From: Candidatus Woesearchaeota archaeon
GTDB taxonomy: Archaea > Nanobdellota > Nanobdellia > Nanobdellales > Nanobdellaceae
NCBI GenBank assembly: GCA_964468425.1
Contig: CAYXSZ010000048.1
Span: 1-6,908 of the forward strand
Length of the DNA stretch: 6,908 nt
Direction of reading: 5' to 3'
Shown: in pieces, positions 1-5,681 of the stretch
Numbering within the stretch: the first letter of the stretch is position 1
Layout of the letters: every line of letters begins with the position of its first letter
Made by a program: the position numbers and the translations under genes
Notes under the pieces: model-generated
The model's input: the letters and a program-made list of their open reading frames with translations, nothing else
Databases searched by the model: none
Told to the model about the DNA's origin: nothing

Positions 1-1
1 A

Positions 2-241
2 GAAGCACTTTTAAAGCTTTTAGAGCTTGAAGAAAAAGAAGGAGCAGACGTAATTAGCTTAGACAAAAAAATCGTTGTTTGCGAGAGACTGGGAACGGAG
101 AATGAAAGAATTCATTATCTAACTGTTAAAAGCGCTTTAGATAAAGTATTTAGTTATCCTGCGTGCATAATCGTCCCGGTGGAGCTCAACCCAATCGAAG
201 AAGAATTTCTAAAATGTATGAGCTCTTACTTCGAGAAATAA
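2..241 (+). CDS. dphB: Diphthine synthase (Dph5/DphB family), C-terminal 79 codons; 5' end lies outside the window
   Basis: Frame 2 is open from the window edge to TAA at 239-241. The translation is EALLKLLELEEKEGADVISLDKKIVVCERLGTENERIHYLTVKSALDKVFSYPACIIVPVELNPIEEEFLKCMSSYFEK. It follows the C-terminal layout of archaeal diphthine synthases as I recall them: EAL..LL..EE, then a V-x-x-R-x-G segment, then a hydrophobic P-x-x-I-I-V-P strand, then an acidic E-x-E-x-L helix. It is absent from the ORF track because there is no start codon in the window. Confidence 0.7.
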   Translation, partial: EALLKLLELEEKEGADVISLDKKIVVCERLGTENERIHYLTVKSALDKVFSYPACIIVPVELNPIEEEFLKCMSSYFEK

Positions 242-1005
242 AAAATAAACCTCTTTTCTTCTTTGTATTTACATTTGGAATGACATTTTTTGCCTCTTAC
301 TTAGCTAGCTCTACAGACTCCTGCTCTGCGGGAATTCTTGCCCTAACAATTTCCATGATTCCGCTAATTCAAGTTATGACAAAAATGGTTGAAATCGAAG
401 AGATTAAAGAAGAAAGGCTCGAGAAAAACCTGTTCGTGCGGCACGAAGCTTTCATAAAAAATTATTTGGCTTTGTTCTTTGGTGCGGTTTTTGGGTTTTA
501 CCTGGCGTACATTCTCCTCGGACCAAAAGTTTTCTTAGAGCAGATCAAGGCGATAAGTGATATAAGAAGTGCAATAGCCAGCGGAATGGCGGTAAATTCC
601 GATCAATTATTTGCGTACATATTATTAAACAACCTAAAAGTTTTGATTTTATCTTACTTGTTTTCATTCTTGTTCGGGGCGGGAGCGTTGTATGTGATTC
701 TCTGGAACGCATCGATAGTGGGAGTTTTCTTAGGAGAAAAAGCAAAAGAAGTTCAAGGATCTTTTTTCTACAAATATTTTGCGTATCCAATGTACAAGCT
801 CGCTTTACTCTTGCCTCACGGAATTCTCGAGTTCGTATCTTACTTTCTCGCAGCGCTTTCTGGAGGGATCTTATCTGTCGCGCTAATAAAGCAAACTCGA
901 AGAAGGCTGTTAGAAAAAATCTTGATAGATAGTATTCTATTATTTGTTAGTTCTTTGGTACTTTTAGTAGTTGCAGCAATTGTAGAAGCTTACACACCCT
1001 TCTAA
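214..1005 (+). CDS. Polytopic membrane protein, SpoIIM / DUF95-like (stage II sporulation protein M family)
   Basis: This is track ORF 163-1005, with the start moved to the Met at 214 (MYELLLREIKNKPLFFF...), just before the first hydrophobic helix. There are about 5-6 hydrophobic segments. Family-like motifs are LLNNLKV...FGAGALYVILWNASIVGVFLG and LLPHGILEFVSYFLAALSGG (the P-H-G-I-x-E signature). The gene overlaps the dphB 3' end by 28 nt. Position 163 remains an alternative start. Confidence 0.7.
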   Translation: MYELLLREIKNKPLFFFVFTFGMTFFASYLASSTDSCSAGILALTISMIPLIQVMTKMVEIEEIKEERLEKNLFVRHEAFIKNYLALFFGAVFGFYLAYILLGPKVFLEQIKAISDIRSAIASGMAVNSDQLFAYILLNNLKVLILSYLFSFLFGAGALYVILWNASIVGVFLGEKAKEVQGSFFYKYFAYPMYKLALLLPHGILEFVSYFLAALSGGILSVALIKQTRRRLLEKILIDSILLFVSSLVLLVVAAIVEAYTPF

Positions 1006-1677
1006 TTACCTTTTTACTAAGAACATCGCGTGATCTTTATGATAAGGATCTAATCGTAAGTTATCTATTATCTTTAAGCCGTAGTCTCTGAGTTGGCGAT
1101 CAACTTCCTTGAAAATTATCTTTGGATCCTTAGTTACGTCGATCGACCTCGCTTTAACTGCTAGGAATGCGTATCCCCCCTTCTTAAGATAACAGTCTAT
1201 GTTCCTTACGAAAACTTCAACTTGGTGGGGTTGAGCTATGTCTTGATAGATGACATCAACGACTGGGACGACGTGCAAGTAGTTTTCAGGCTTAGATGCG
1301 TCCTCTAAGAGAGGTATTATGTTTTTTCTCTCATGAAGAATGGGAACCAGCTCCCTTAGAATTCTCGGAGCAACATCTACCCCGAAGATCGTTCCTTCCC
1401 ACCCGATTATATCTGAGATATGAGAAGCAGTTGTTCCTGCAGCGATTCCGAGGTAAAGTATTTTGTCACCAGGTTCAATAGGGACTTCTCTAATTCTTTT
1501 TTTGATAGCGGCTGCGAGTTTGGATCTATTAACAATCCATTCCCTGTATTCTATTCCTTTCTCTTTCACAATCTTTTCTCCATAAACTTTCTGACCCTTA
1601 ACTAAGTTTCGAGTATAGAGCTTTCTTCCATCGGTGAAAATATGAGGATTTTCCCTTATAGGTCTAATCTTCGCCAT
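1006..1677 (-). CDS. flpA: Fibrillarin, the C/D box sRNP 2'-O-methyltransferase
   Basis: The 223-aa protein shows the typical archaeal fibrillarin sequence. It has YGE...YREW...SKLAAAI, the SAM-binding motif [18 protein letters not shown], and later [10 protein letters not shown] and [11 protein letters not shown]. It lies 9 nt downstream of nop5, the conserved nop5-flpA pairing. Confidence 0.97.
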   Translation of the reverse strand: MAKIRPIRENPHIFTDGRKLYTRNLVKGQKVYGEKIVKEKGIEYREWIVNRSKLAAAIKKRIREVPIEPGDKILYLGIAAGTTASHISDIIGWEGTIFGVDVAPRILRELVPILHERKNIIPLLEDASKPENYLHVVPVVDVIYQDIAQPHQVEVFVRNIDCYLKKGGYAFLAVKARSIDVTKDPKIIFKEVDRQLRDYGLKIIDNLRLDPYHKDHAMFLVKR

Positions 1678-1686
1678 TGTCTAGAA

Positions 1687-2691
1687 TTACTTGGAGGCTT
1701 TTATATCTTCTTTGAGCTGTTTGAACCTCTCCTCCAGCTCTTTTTGTAGCTTGTCTGCAATGTATTTTCCGGGAGTGAATGCGTCAACCTTTGCTGCGAT
1801 GGAGATCTTCGCTGCAAGCGTTCTAGCCATCGCTCCTCTCTTCTTCTTGGGCAACTTTTGTAGATATGGATGGTTAAATAAGACTCCGTGTTTGGGAGGG
1901 GGTGTTTTCTTTCGAAGGTGTCTGAACAAAGCCTTTTCAGCTCCAAGTACTTGAATAGTAGAAGCGGGAAGCATAGCAAGCTCTTTTAACCCTCCAGCAA
2001 GGGCAATTAGACGCGCGCCTATGGTTGGACCAGCTATTGCCTTAACATTTGGAGCAATTTCTTCCATTAATTTTTCGATATATTTCTTAAGCTCCTCTCT
2101 GAGCTTATATAGATCTAAAATTCTTCTAGAGATCTTATGGAGGGTTTCCACATCACTTTCGGTTAACTCACCTCCCATAGTTTCTTCAATTCCGTACTCG
2201 CGCATCAAAGCTTCTCTATCCTTCTCACAAACAGCTTTTATGAACTTTTCGTGATCCTCAATTTTTTGAGAAATTTCTGGAAAGTAAAGCTCGTACCATT
2301 CCCTAAACCTTTCCATCAAAAGATTGATGATTTTGTTTAGATCATCTAACATAGAAATAGCCTGTATTATTATTAAATCTCGAGTCACGGAGTTTGCGAT
2401 GTCTCGAATAACTACCTTCACGTAAAGAGGTTGGATAGAAGAGAAATCTTCACATTCTATTTGTTCAAGAGCACTTCGAATTCGATTATAATCATCTATG
2501 TACGAGTATCCTTGGAACTTTTGCCCAAGGAAGGTAGTTTTCTCCGGAAGAATCTTCTTGATCTTCTCAGGAAGTTTTCCGCTCTTGATTTCAAGAATGT
2601 CTTCAACATTGAGCTTCAGATCTATTTTCTCATACAAATTTAGATCGTCATCAAAAAGATAAACACCATCAAACCTTATTAAAGCATACAT
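1687..2691 (-). CDS. nop5: Nop5 (Nop56/58 homologue), C/D box sRNP scaffold protein
   Basis: The 334-aa protein carries the Nop domain signature APNVKAIAGPTIGARLIALAGGLKELAMLPASTIQVLGAEKALFRHL...PKHGVLFNHP...RGAMARTLAAKISIAAKVD. Two long helices (DLIIIQAISMLDDLNKIINLLMERFREWY and SDVETLHKISRRILDLYKLREELKKYIEKL) fit the coiled-coil dimerisation domain. It is compact, without a long KKE tail. Confidence 0.95.
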   Translation of the reverse strand: MYALIRFDGVYLFDDDLNLYEKIDLKLNVEDILEIKSGKLPEKIKKILPEKTTFLGQKFQGYSYIDDYNRIRSALEQIECEDFSSIQPLYVKVVIRDIANSVTRDLIIIQAISMLDDLNKIINLLMERFREWYELYFPEISQKIEDHEKFIKAVCEKDREALMREYGIEETMGGELTESDVETLHKISRRILDLYKLREELKKYIEKLMEEIAPNVKAIAGPTIGARLIALAGGLKELAMLPASTIQVLGAEKALFRHLRKKTPPPKHGVLFNHPYLQKLPKKKRGAMARTLAAKISIAAKVDAFTPGKYIADKLQKELEERFKQLKEDIKASK

Positions 2692-2692
2692 T

Positions 2693-2890
2693 TTACGTTT
2701 TTGGTTTCTTCTTTTCGATTAGCTTTTCGAGATGTTCTTCGATTCGAATTATTTTTTCTTCGAGGTTCAGGATCTTTTGTTCCACGTCGAGAATCTTTCT
2801 TTCAATAATCATAGTCTTTTTAAGTCCGTAGAGAAGGACTAAGACTCCTGCGGTTGTAATTGCAATTAAAATGTCGGTAAAAAGGGTCAT
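2693..2890 (-). CDS. Small hypothetical protein (65 aa): N-terminal transmembrane helix plus heptad-repeat coiled coil
   Basis: The sequence is MTLFTDILIAITTAGVLVLLYGLKKTMIIERKILDVEQKILNLEEKIIRIEEHLEKLIEKKKPKT. There is one hydrophobic helix at about residues 3-23. Four regular heptads follow (ILDVEQK / ILNLEEK / IIRIEEH / LEKLIEK), then a basic tail. Its ATG overlaps the rps10 stop (ATGA at 2887-2890) and its TAA ends 1 nt before the nop5 ATG. That translational-coupling geometry argues it is a real gene. I recognise no family. Confidence 0.6.
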   Translation of the reverse strand: MTLFTDILIAITTAGVLVLLYGLKKTMIIERKILDVEQKILNLEEKIIRIEEHLEKLIEKKKPKT

Positions 2891-3192
2891 CGCACGACTT
2901 TCATCGAGATTTGAATTCCAGCCGGGATCTGAATTCGCATAAATTGTTTAATAAATCTCTCGTCCATCGCAACTTCGATTATTCTTCGATAAATCCTCAT
3001 TTGATACGTCTCGTAGATCTTCGTTCCACGCTTTCCAAGAGTTCTCATAGTTGGAACGCGTAAGATCTTCGTTGGGAGTGGAATAGGACCCGATTTCTCG
3101 ATTCCTAACTGATCAATTATTTTTAGAATCTCGCCGATTACATAGTTGATCGCGTCCACGTTGTTTCCCGCTATCTTGATCCTAAGCTTCAT
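2887..3192 (-). CDS. rps10: 30S ribosomal protein S10 (uS10)
   Basis: The 101-aa protein reads MKLRIKIAGNNVDAINYVIGEILKII...GPIPLPTKILRVPTMRTLGKRGTKIYETYQMRIYRRIIEV. This is the canonical uS10 layout: GP-x-PLPTK, then a tRKsP-like segment, then f-e-M-R-x-h-kR-li. Confidence 0.95.
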   Translation of the reverse strand: MKLRIKIAGNNVDAINYVIGEILKIIDQLGIEKSGPIPLPTKILRVPTMRTLGKRGTKIYETYQMRIYRRIIEVAMDERFIKQFMRIQIPAGIQISMKVVR

Positions 3193-3214
3193 TAAGTTAC
3201 TGTTTTGGAAAAAG

Positions 3215-3222
3215 TTTTAAAA
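3215..3222 (-). promoter_or_regulatory. TATA-box-like element (TTTTAAAA) for the rps10-nop5-flpA operon; predicts a leaderless mRNA
   Basis: This A/T octamer lies 22 nt (3193-3214) upstream of the rps10 ATG at 3192. The same 21-22 nt TATA-to-ATG spacing occurs at three other operon-leading genes in this window. No Shine-Dalgarno sequence lies in between. Confidence 0.5.
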
Positions 3223-3229
3223 GTATCTA

Positions 3230-3277
3230 AAATCCATATTCTTCTCTATCGACTAAGTTGTCGAAATCAATGGATTT
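3230..3277. repeat. Nested inverted repeat in the divergent rps10 / orphan-ORF intergenic region
   Basis: The outer arms are AAATCCAT (3230-3237) and ATGGATTT (3270-3277). The inner arms are TCGAC (3249-3253) and GTCGA (3260-3264), around a 6-nt loop TAAGTT. The repeat sits between the two TATA-like elements. Its function is unknown; it could be an operator or a structured RNA. Confidence 0.45.
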
Positions 3278-3333
3278 AGATTCTATCCAGATTAGCAAGA
3301 TCTAAAAGATTTAAACCCATTTTAAGAGAGGAC

Positions 3334-3341
3334 TTTATAAT
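3334..3341 (+). promoter_or_regulatory. TATA-box-like element (TTTATAAT) for the 141-aa orphan ORF; predicts a leaderless mRNA
   Basis: It lies 21 nt (3342-3362) upstream of the ATG at 3363. This matches the geometry seen at the rps10, rps17e and rpl10e/rpl37e promoters. Confidence 0.5.
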
Positions 3342-3362
3342 TTTCAAGCACAACATTAGTTT

Positions 3363-3788
3363 ATGGAGGTGTGTTTGGGTTACATATTTTTTAAGGGAAA
3401 CTTGTTTAGAGTGCATCAAGAGAAAGATCTATACAAGCCATATTGGTTCGTTGTTAAGGTTCGCGGCGACAATCAGAATTATTCCATTTTAAGATATACG
3501 GTGAGAGACTATACCCTCATAACTGAAGCTACTCCCATAAAAAATAGACAGTTCCTAGAAAAAGACGAGATTTTAAGTTACGTAATATCCCTTCTTGCGA
3601 GGATTTACAATGTTGGAGAAGTAAGATTTAGAGGATTTAAAAAGAATCTTATAAGATTGGATGAAGACAGCTTTTGCTTCTACACGAATAGAAGGCACTT
3701 GCAAGATATTCTAAAAGAAAACAATCTCGACGTTCTCATTTTGATTAATGCGAATGTTAAAAACTCGCTTAAAGAGCTGAATAAATGA
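3363..3788 (+). CDS. Hypothetical protein, 141 aa, no family recognised (orphan)
   Basis: This is the only long ORF in 3193-4084. Its composition is protein-like: beta-strand-like N-terminal half (GYIFFKGNLFRV, YWFVVKVRG, YSILRYTV, YTLITEA), an alpha/beta C-terminal half, and a slightly basic charge. It has its own TATA-like element at the canonical distance and a run of T-tracts immediately after the TGA stop. I could identify no catalytic or binding motif. Confidence 0.6.
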   Translation: MEVCLGYIFFKGNLFRVHQEKDLYKPYWFVVKVRGDNQNYSILRYTVRDYTLITEATPIKNRQFLEKDEILSYVISLLARIYNVGEVRFRGFKKNLIRLDEDSFCFYTNRRHLQDILKENNLDVLILINANVKNSLKELNK

Positions 3789-3789
3789 A

Positions 3790-3827
3790 TTTTTTTGACG
3801 ATGTTTTTGAGAATGATCGAGTTTTTT
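3790..3827 (+). terminator. Oligo-T terminator cluster downstream of the 141-aa ORF
   Basis: There are T7 (3790-3796), T5 (3804-3808) and T6 (3822-3827) tracts directly after the stop at 3786-3788. Archaeal RNA polymerase terminates at oligo-T tracts. Confidence 0.5.
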
Positions 3828-4050
3828 AGTCTGGAAATTTTAGCAATCATTTGATTCACAGCTCTTACGCCTTTGAATGCAGGCTCTATAAAACACATGC
3901 TATCCTTCTTACTCGCAGACGCTTAAATTAAATATAGCGTTTACTAAAGAACTTTTATAGAGAAAGTGTGAGAACGCTAGAATACAAAGAACGTAACACT
4001 CCACTTCTCCAAAGCATTCAGACAGTCTTTATTTTAACATCGTTACTATG

Positions 4051-4075
4051 AAAAATAAATTAAAATAAAAATAAA
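4051..4075 (-). terminator. Oligo-T terminator cluster downstream of alba (minus strand)
   Basis: The minus strand reads CCCCTTTATTTTTATTTTAATTTATTTTT immediately after the alba stop at 4085-4087. It contains T5, T4 and T5 runs. Confidence 0.5.
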
Positions 4076-4084
4076 GGGGTAAGT

Positions 4085-4372
4085 TTACTCCTTCTTAGCC
4101 AGGACGATTTCGATTGTGGAAACTCTTCTGGATCTTCCGTCTGGTGTTTGGAATTCCTCGGAATCGATGTTGATGGACTTGATATCCACCTGTCCAGCGA
4201 GGAATCTCTTTCGAACGAGCTCTACTACATCGATAGCTCTAGAAGTGTATCTTCCTCTTGCTTTGATTACTACTTCCTTGGCGTTTTGGGTTGTAAACTG
4301 CATTACTACAGCCGTTACGTAGTTCATGAATGGTTTGCTTCCGACATAAACAACTCCAGCCTCAGTCATCAT
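4085..4372 (-). CDS. albA: Alba (Sso10b/Sac10b family) DNA/RNA-binding chromatin protein
   Basis: The 95-aa protein reads VVYVGSKPFMNYVTAVVMQFTTQNAKEVVIKARGRYTSRAIDVVELVRKRFLAGQVDIKSINIDSEEF...RRVSTIEIVLAKK. It matches the Alba signature end to end: GkKPvMnYV, IKARGraIsrAVDvaEivRnRF, VStIEIvL. Confidence 0.95.
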   Translation of the reverse strand: MMTEAGVVYVGSKPFMNYVTAVVMQFTTQNAKEVVIKARGRYTSRAIDVVELVRKRFLAGQVDIKSINIDSEEFQTPDGRSRRVSTIEIVLAKKE

Positions 4373-4563
4373 GATTCGATGATTTTTCTAATTTTGCGGG
4401 TTATGTAGCCCGCCAGCATATTTCTAACTCGCTTGGAAGGGATATCTGCGAGTTCTTGAAGTATCTGTTTGTTTTTTTCATAGTCCGTCGTGAAGAGAGG
4501 TCCATATCGATTTAGAAGCTCTTCAGCATAACGTCTGAATTTTCCGTGAAGTATTCTACCCAT
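4369..4563 (-). CDS. rps17e: 30S ribosomal protein S17e (eS17)
   Basis: The 64-aa protein is MGRILHGKFRRYAEELLNRYGPLFTTDYEKNKQILQELADIPSKRVRNMLAGYITRKIRKIIES. It fits the archaeal eS17 pattern: MG-x-I, then F-T-x-D-F/Y-x-x-NK, then S-K-x-x-RN-x-IAGYITR. Its stop overlaps the alba start (ATGA at 4369-4372). Confidence 0.9.
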   Translation of the reverse strand: MGRILHGKFRRYAEELLNRYGPLFTTDYEKNKQILQELADIPSKRVRNMLAGYITRKIRKIIES

Positions 4564-4585
4564 AAAAAGGTGAGTTTAAATAATG

Positions 4586-4593
4586 CTTAAAAA
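4586..4593 (-). promoter_or_regulatory. TATA-box-like element (TTTTTAAG on the minus strand) for rps17e-alba
   Basis: It lies 22 nt (4564-4585) upstream of the rps17e ATG at 4563 and 3 nt after the PAP2 stop codon. An alternative A/T element, TTATTTAAA (complement of 4575-4583), is only 11 nt from the ATG and fits the window-wide geometry less well. Confidence 0.4.
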
Positions 4594-4596
4594 CCT

Positions 4597-5082
4597 TTAC
4601 AGGACAGGGATCAATAGCTTAAGCAAAACAAAAACTGCAAGTGCTAAGAGGATTCCAGCAACTACATCGCTCAACCAATGATTTAGCGATATAATCCTGA
4701 GAATTGGAATTGTTATTAGTAACCACGATAGTGGAATCGAGCTGTAAAGTAAAAAAATTAGTATTGCAACCGCGCTATGCGAACTCGGAAAAGAGTGACC
4801 TTTTGACGAATAATTTATGTGTTCTATATTGAAGAACTCGTAGGGTCTCTTTCTGCTAAATCTTTTTTGTAAAAGAGAAACTAGTTTGTAAAAAACCACC
4901 GCAATTACTACGCAAAACTTCGAGGCAATGAAGTATAGGGAAAATAACACGCTATAAAATAATACATCTGTTAGGAAGTTTATATTCTCAAGAAAGCAAT
5001 CGAGATGCGTGCAATTCCTTAGGTAGAAATCGTATATTTTTTTAGAAATCTTTAGATCTACATTAAAAATTGGTAAGTTCAT
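4597..5082 (-). CDS. PAP2-superfamily membrane phosphatase (type 2 phosphatidate / polyprenyl-diphosphate phosphatase-like)
   Basis: The 161-aa hydrophobic protein has about 4 TM segments and the three PAP2 motifs in order. These are KRFSRKRP (a K-x5/6-RP variant), SFPSSHSA (a PSGH variant) and RIISLNHWLSD (R-x5-H-x3-D). It starts 6 nt after the rpl10e stop. Confidence 0.8.
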   Translation of the reverse strand: MNLPIFNVDLKISKKIYDFYLRNCTHLDCFLENINFLTDVLFYSVLFSLYFIASKFCVVIAVVFYKLVSLLQKRFSRKRPYEFFNIEHINYSSKGHSFPSSHSAVAILIFLLYSSIPLSWLLITIPILRIISLNHWLSDVVAGILLALAVFVLLKLLIPVL

Positions 5083-5088
5083 TAAAAA

Positions 5089-5652
5089 TTACGCTAAGTT
5101 GTACGCCTTCAGTATTTCTTTCTCGTCGATGTTCTCTCCAACATAAGCTATGTAGTTTCCAGTTAGCTTGTTTCTAGCAATTCGCAGGTAATCCTTTATT
5201 TCATTCATTACTTCTTTGTTAAAGTATACTGAGAAGACAATCCTTCCTGGGTAGAGTTGAGCTGCTCTTCTCATTGGTTTTCCGAAGGAAAGACGCATTC
5301 CTTGAGAAATACGATCAGCTCCAGCTCCAAAAGCGATTGGATGTTCTCTAACAACGTGGTGTGGATAAACTCTTACCATGAAAAGATATTCTTTGATTTT
5401 GCGCTCTAAATACTTATTCAAAAGGATTCTAACAGCTTCGAGTGCTGAATCGGAAACTTGGATGTGAACCAGGGAAATTAGATGTCCAGCGTATTTCCAA
5501 TCCTTTGGATTCGTGTCTCTCTTCCCCATTACGAGCATCCTCACCCTAGAAGGCGGTGCTCCGAGGATGAAGTTTTTAGTTTTACGATAAGAGAACCTGG
5601 TGTATGCTCTTTCAACCTCTCTATGAACATACCAGGGTCTCTTTCTTGCCAT
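5089..5652 (-). CDS. rpl10e: 50S ribosomal protein L10e (uL16)
   Basis: The sequence MARKRPWYVHREVERAYTR...ALEAVRILLNKYLER...VRVYPHHVVREHPIAFGAGADRISQGMRLSFGKPMRRAAQL... is the canonical archaeal L10e pattern (MA-x-RPa, YTR, RvyPhhVlREn, GAGADR, GMR.aFGKP). I place the start at Met-15 of the track ORF (5652), not at 5694. Homologues begin MA(R/L)(K/R)P. The 14 extra codons would also contain the TATA box, which sits 21 nt upstream of 5652. Confidence 0.93.
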   Translation of the reverse strand: MARKRPWYVHREVERAYTRFSYRKTKNFILGAPPSRVRMLVMGKRDTNPKDWKYAGHLISLVHIQVSDSALEAVRILLNKYLERKIKEYLFMVRVYPHHVVREHPIAFGAGADRISQGMRLSFGKPMRRAAQLYPGRIVFSVYFNKEVMNEIKDYLRIARNKLTGNYIAYVGENIDEKEILKAYNLA

Positions 5653-5673
5653 TGTTATTGTAAAGGTATAACC

Positions 5674-5681
5674 TTTATAAA
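5674..5681. promoter_or_regulatory. Single palindromic TATA box (TTTATAAA) shared by divergent rpl10e and rpl37e
   Basis: TTTATAAA is its own reverse complement. It lies exactly 21 nt from the rpl10e ATG (spacer 5653-5673) and exactly 21 nt from the rpl37e ATG (spacer 5682-5702). There is no other TATA-like element and no SD sequence in the 50-nt spacer. Confidence 0.6.

Noticed and set aside
545-2643. Track ORFs nested in or antisense to the SpoIIM-like gene, fibrillarin and nop5: 545-790 (-), 1296-1481 (+), 1420-1605 (+), 1691-1954 (+), 1701-1979 (-), 2021-2254 (+), 2431-2643 (+).
   Set aside because: All lie entirely within strongly supported genes, in other frames or on the other strand. 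They have low-complexity S/L/F-rich translations and no independent start signals.
3365-3377. GGAGGT (3365-3370) immediately after ATG 3363, considered as a possible Shine-Dalgarno sequence for an in-frame TTG start at 3375.
   Set aside because: The spacing to TTG is only 4 nt. The TATA-to-ATG distance of 21 nt fits the leaderless pattern for ATG 3363. The difference would be only 4 codons either way.
3680-3898. Track ORF, 72 aa, minus strand. It has an AAGGA 4 nt upstream of its ATG and TATA-like elements further upstream.
   Set aside because: I do not call it as a CDS. Its C-terminal half (about 109 nt) is antisense to the 3' end of the 141-aa ORF and looks like antisense junk (L/F/S/C-rich). 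Its promoter spacing does not follow the 21-22 nt rule. I keep it only as part of the antisense-transcript hypothesis in the findings.
3781-4084. C/D box sRNA, expected in a genome encoding fibrillarin/Nop5, in the long spacer. I also checked 3193-3362.
   Set aside because: There is no CUGA on the plus strand of 3781-4084. The only one on the minus strand is the complement of 4018-4021, and no RUGAUGA lies at guide distance from it; the nearest is CGAUGUU, about 15 nt upstream. AUGAUCGA at 3812-3819 is followed by CUGG, not CUGA. There is no UGAUGA on either strand. There is no CUGA or its complement in 3193-3362.
3830-4084. Replication origin idea, based on an A/T-rich stretch at 4050-4075, a GGGG string at 4076-4079, and CTGGAAAT at 3831-3838, which loosely resembles half of a mini-ORB.
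   Set aside because: There is no dyad-symmetric ORB element (no TCCA-N-TGGA-type core), no repeated ORB copies and no adjacent orc1/cdc6 gene. The A/T runs are adequately explained as the alba terminator.
3193-4088. Similar short sequences at both edges of the island, considered as possible insertion or att-site direct repeats: TAAGTTAC (3193-3200) and TAAGTTTAC (4080-4088).
   Set aside because: The match is imperfect. TAAGTT also occurs several more times in the window (e.g. 3254-3259, 5095-5100 and within coding regions), about as often as expected for this A/T-rich composition. The right copy overlaps the alba stop codon. No integrase or other mobile-element gene is present.
4569-4681. 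Plus-strand GGTGAG (4569-4574) followed by an ATG at 4583 that opens a 32-codon ORF (MLKNLYRTGINSL...).
   Set aside because: It is very short and antisense to the PAP2 3' end. The GGTGAG is most simply incidental sequence in the rps17e promoter spacer.
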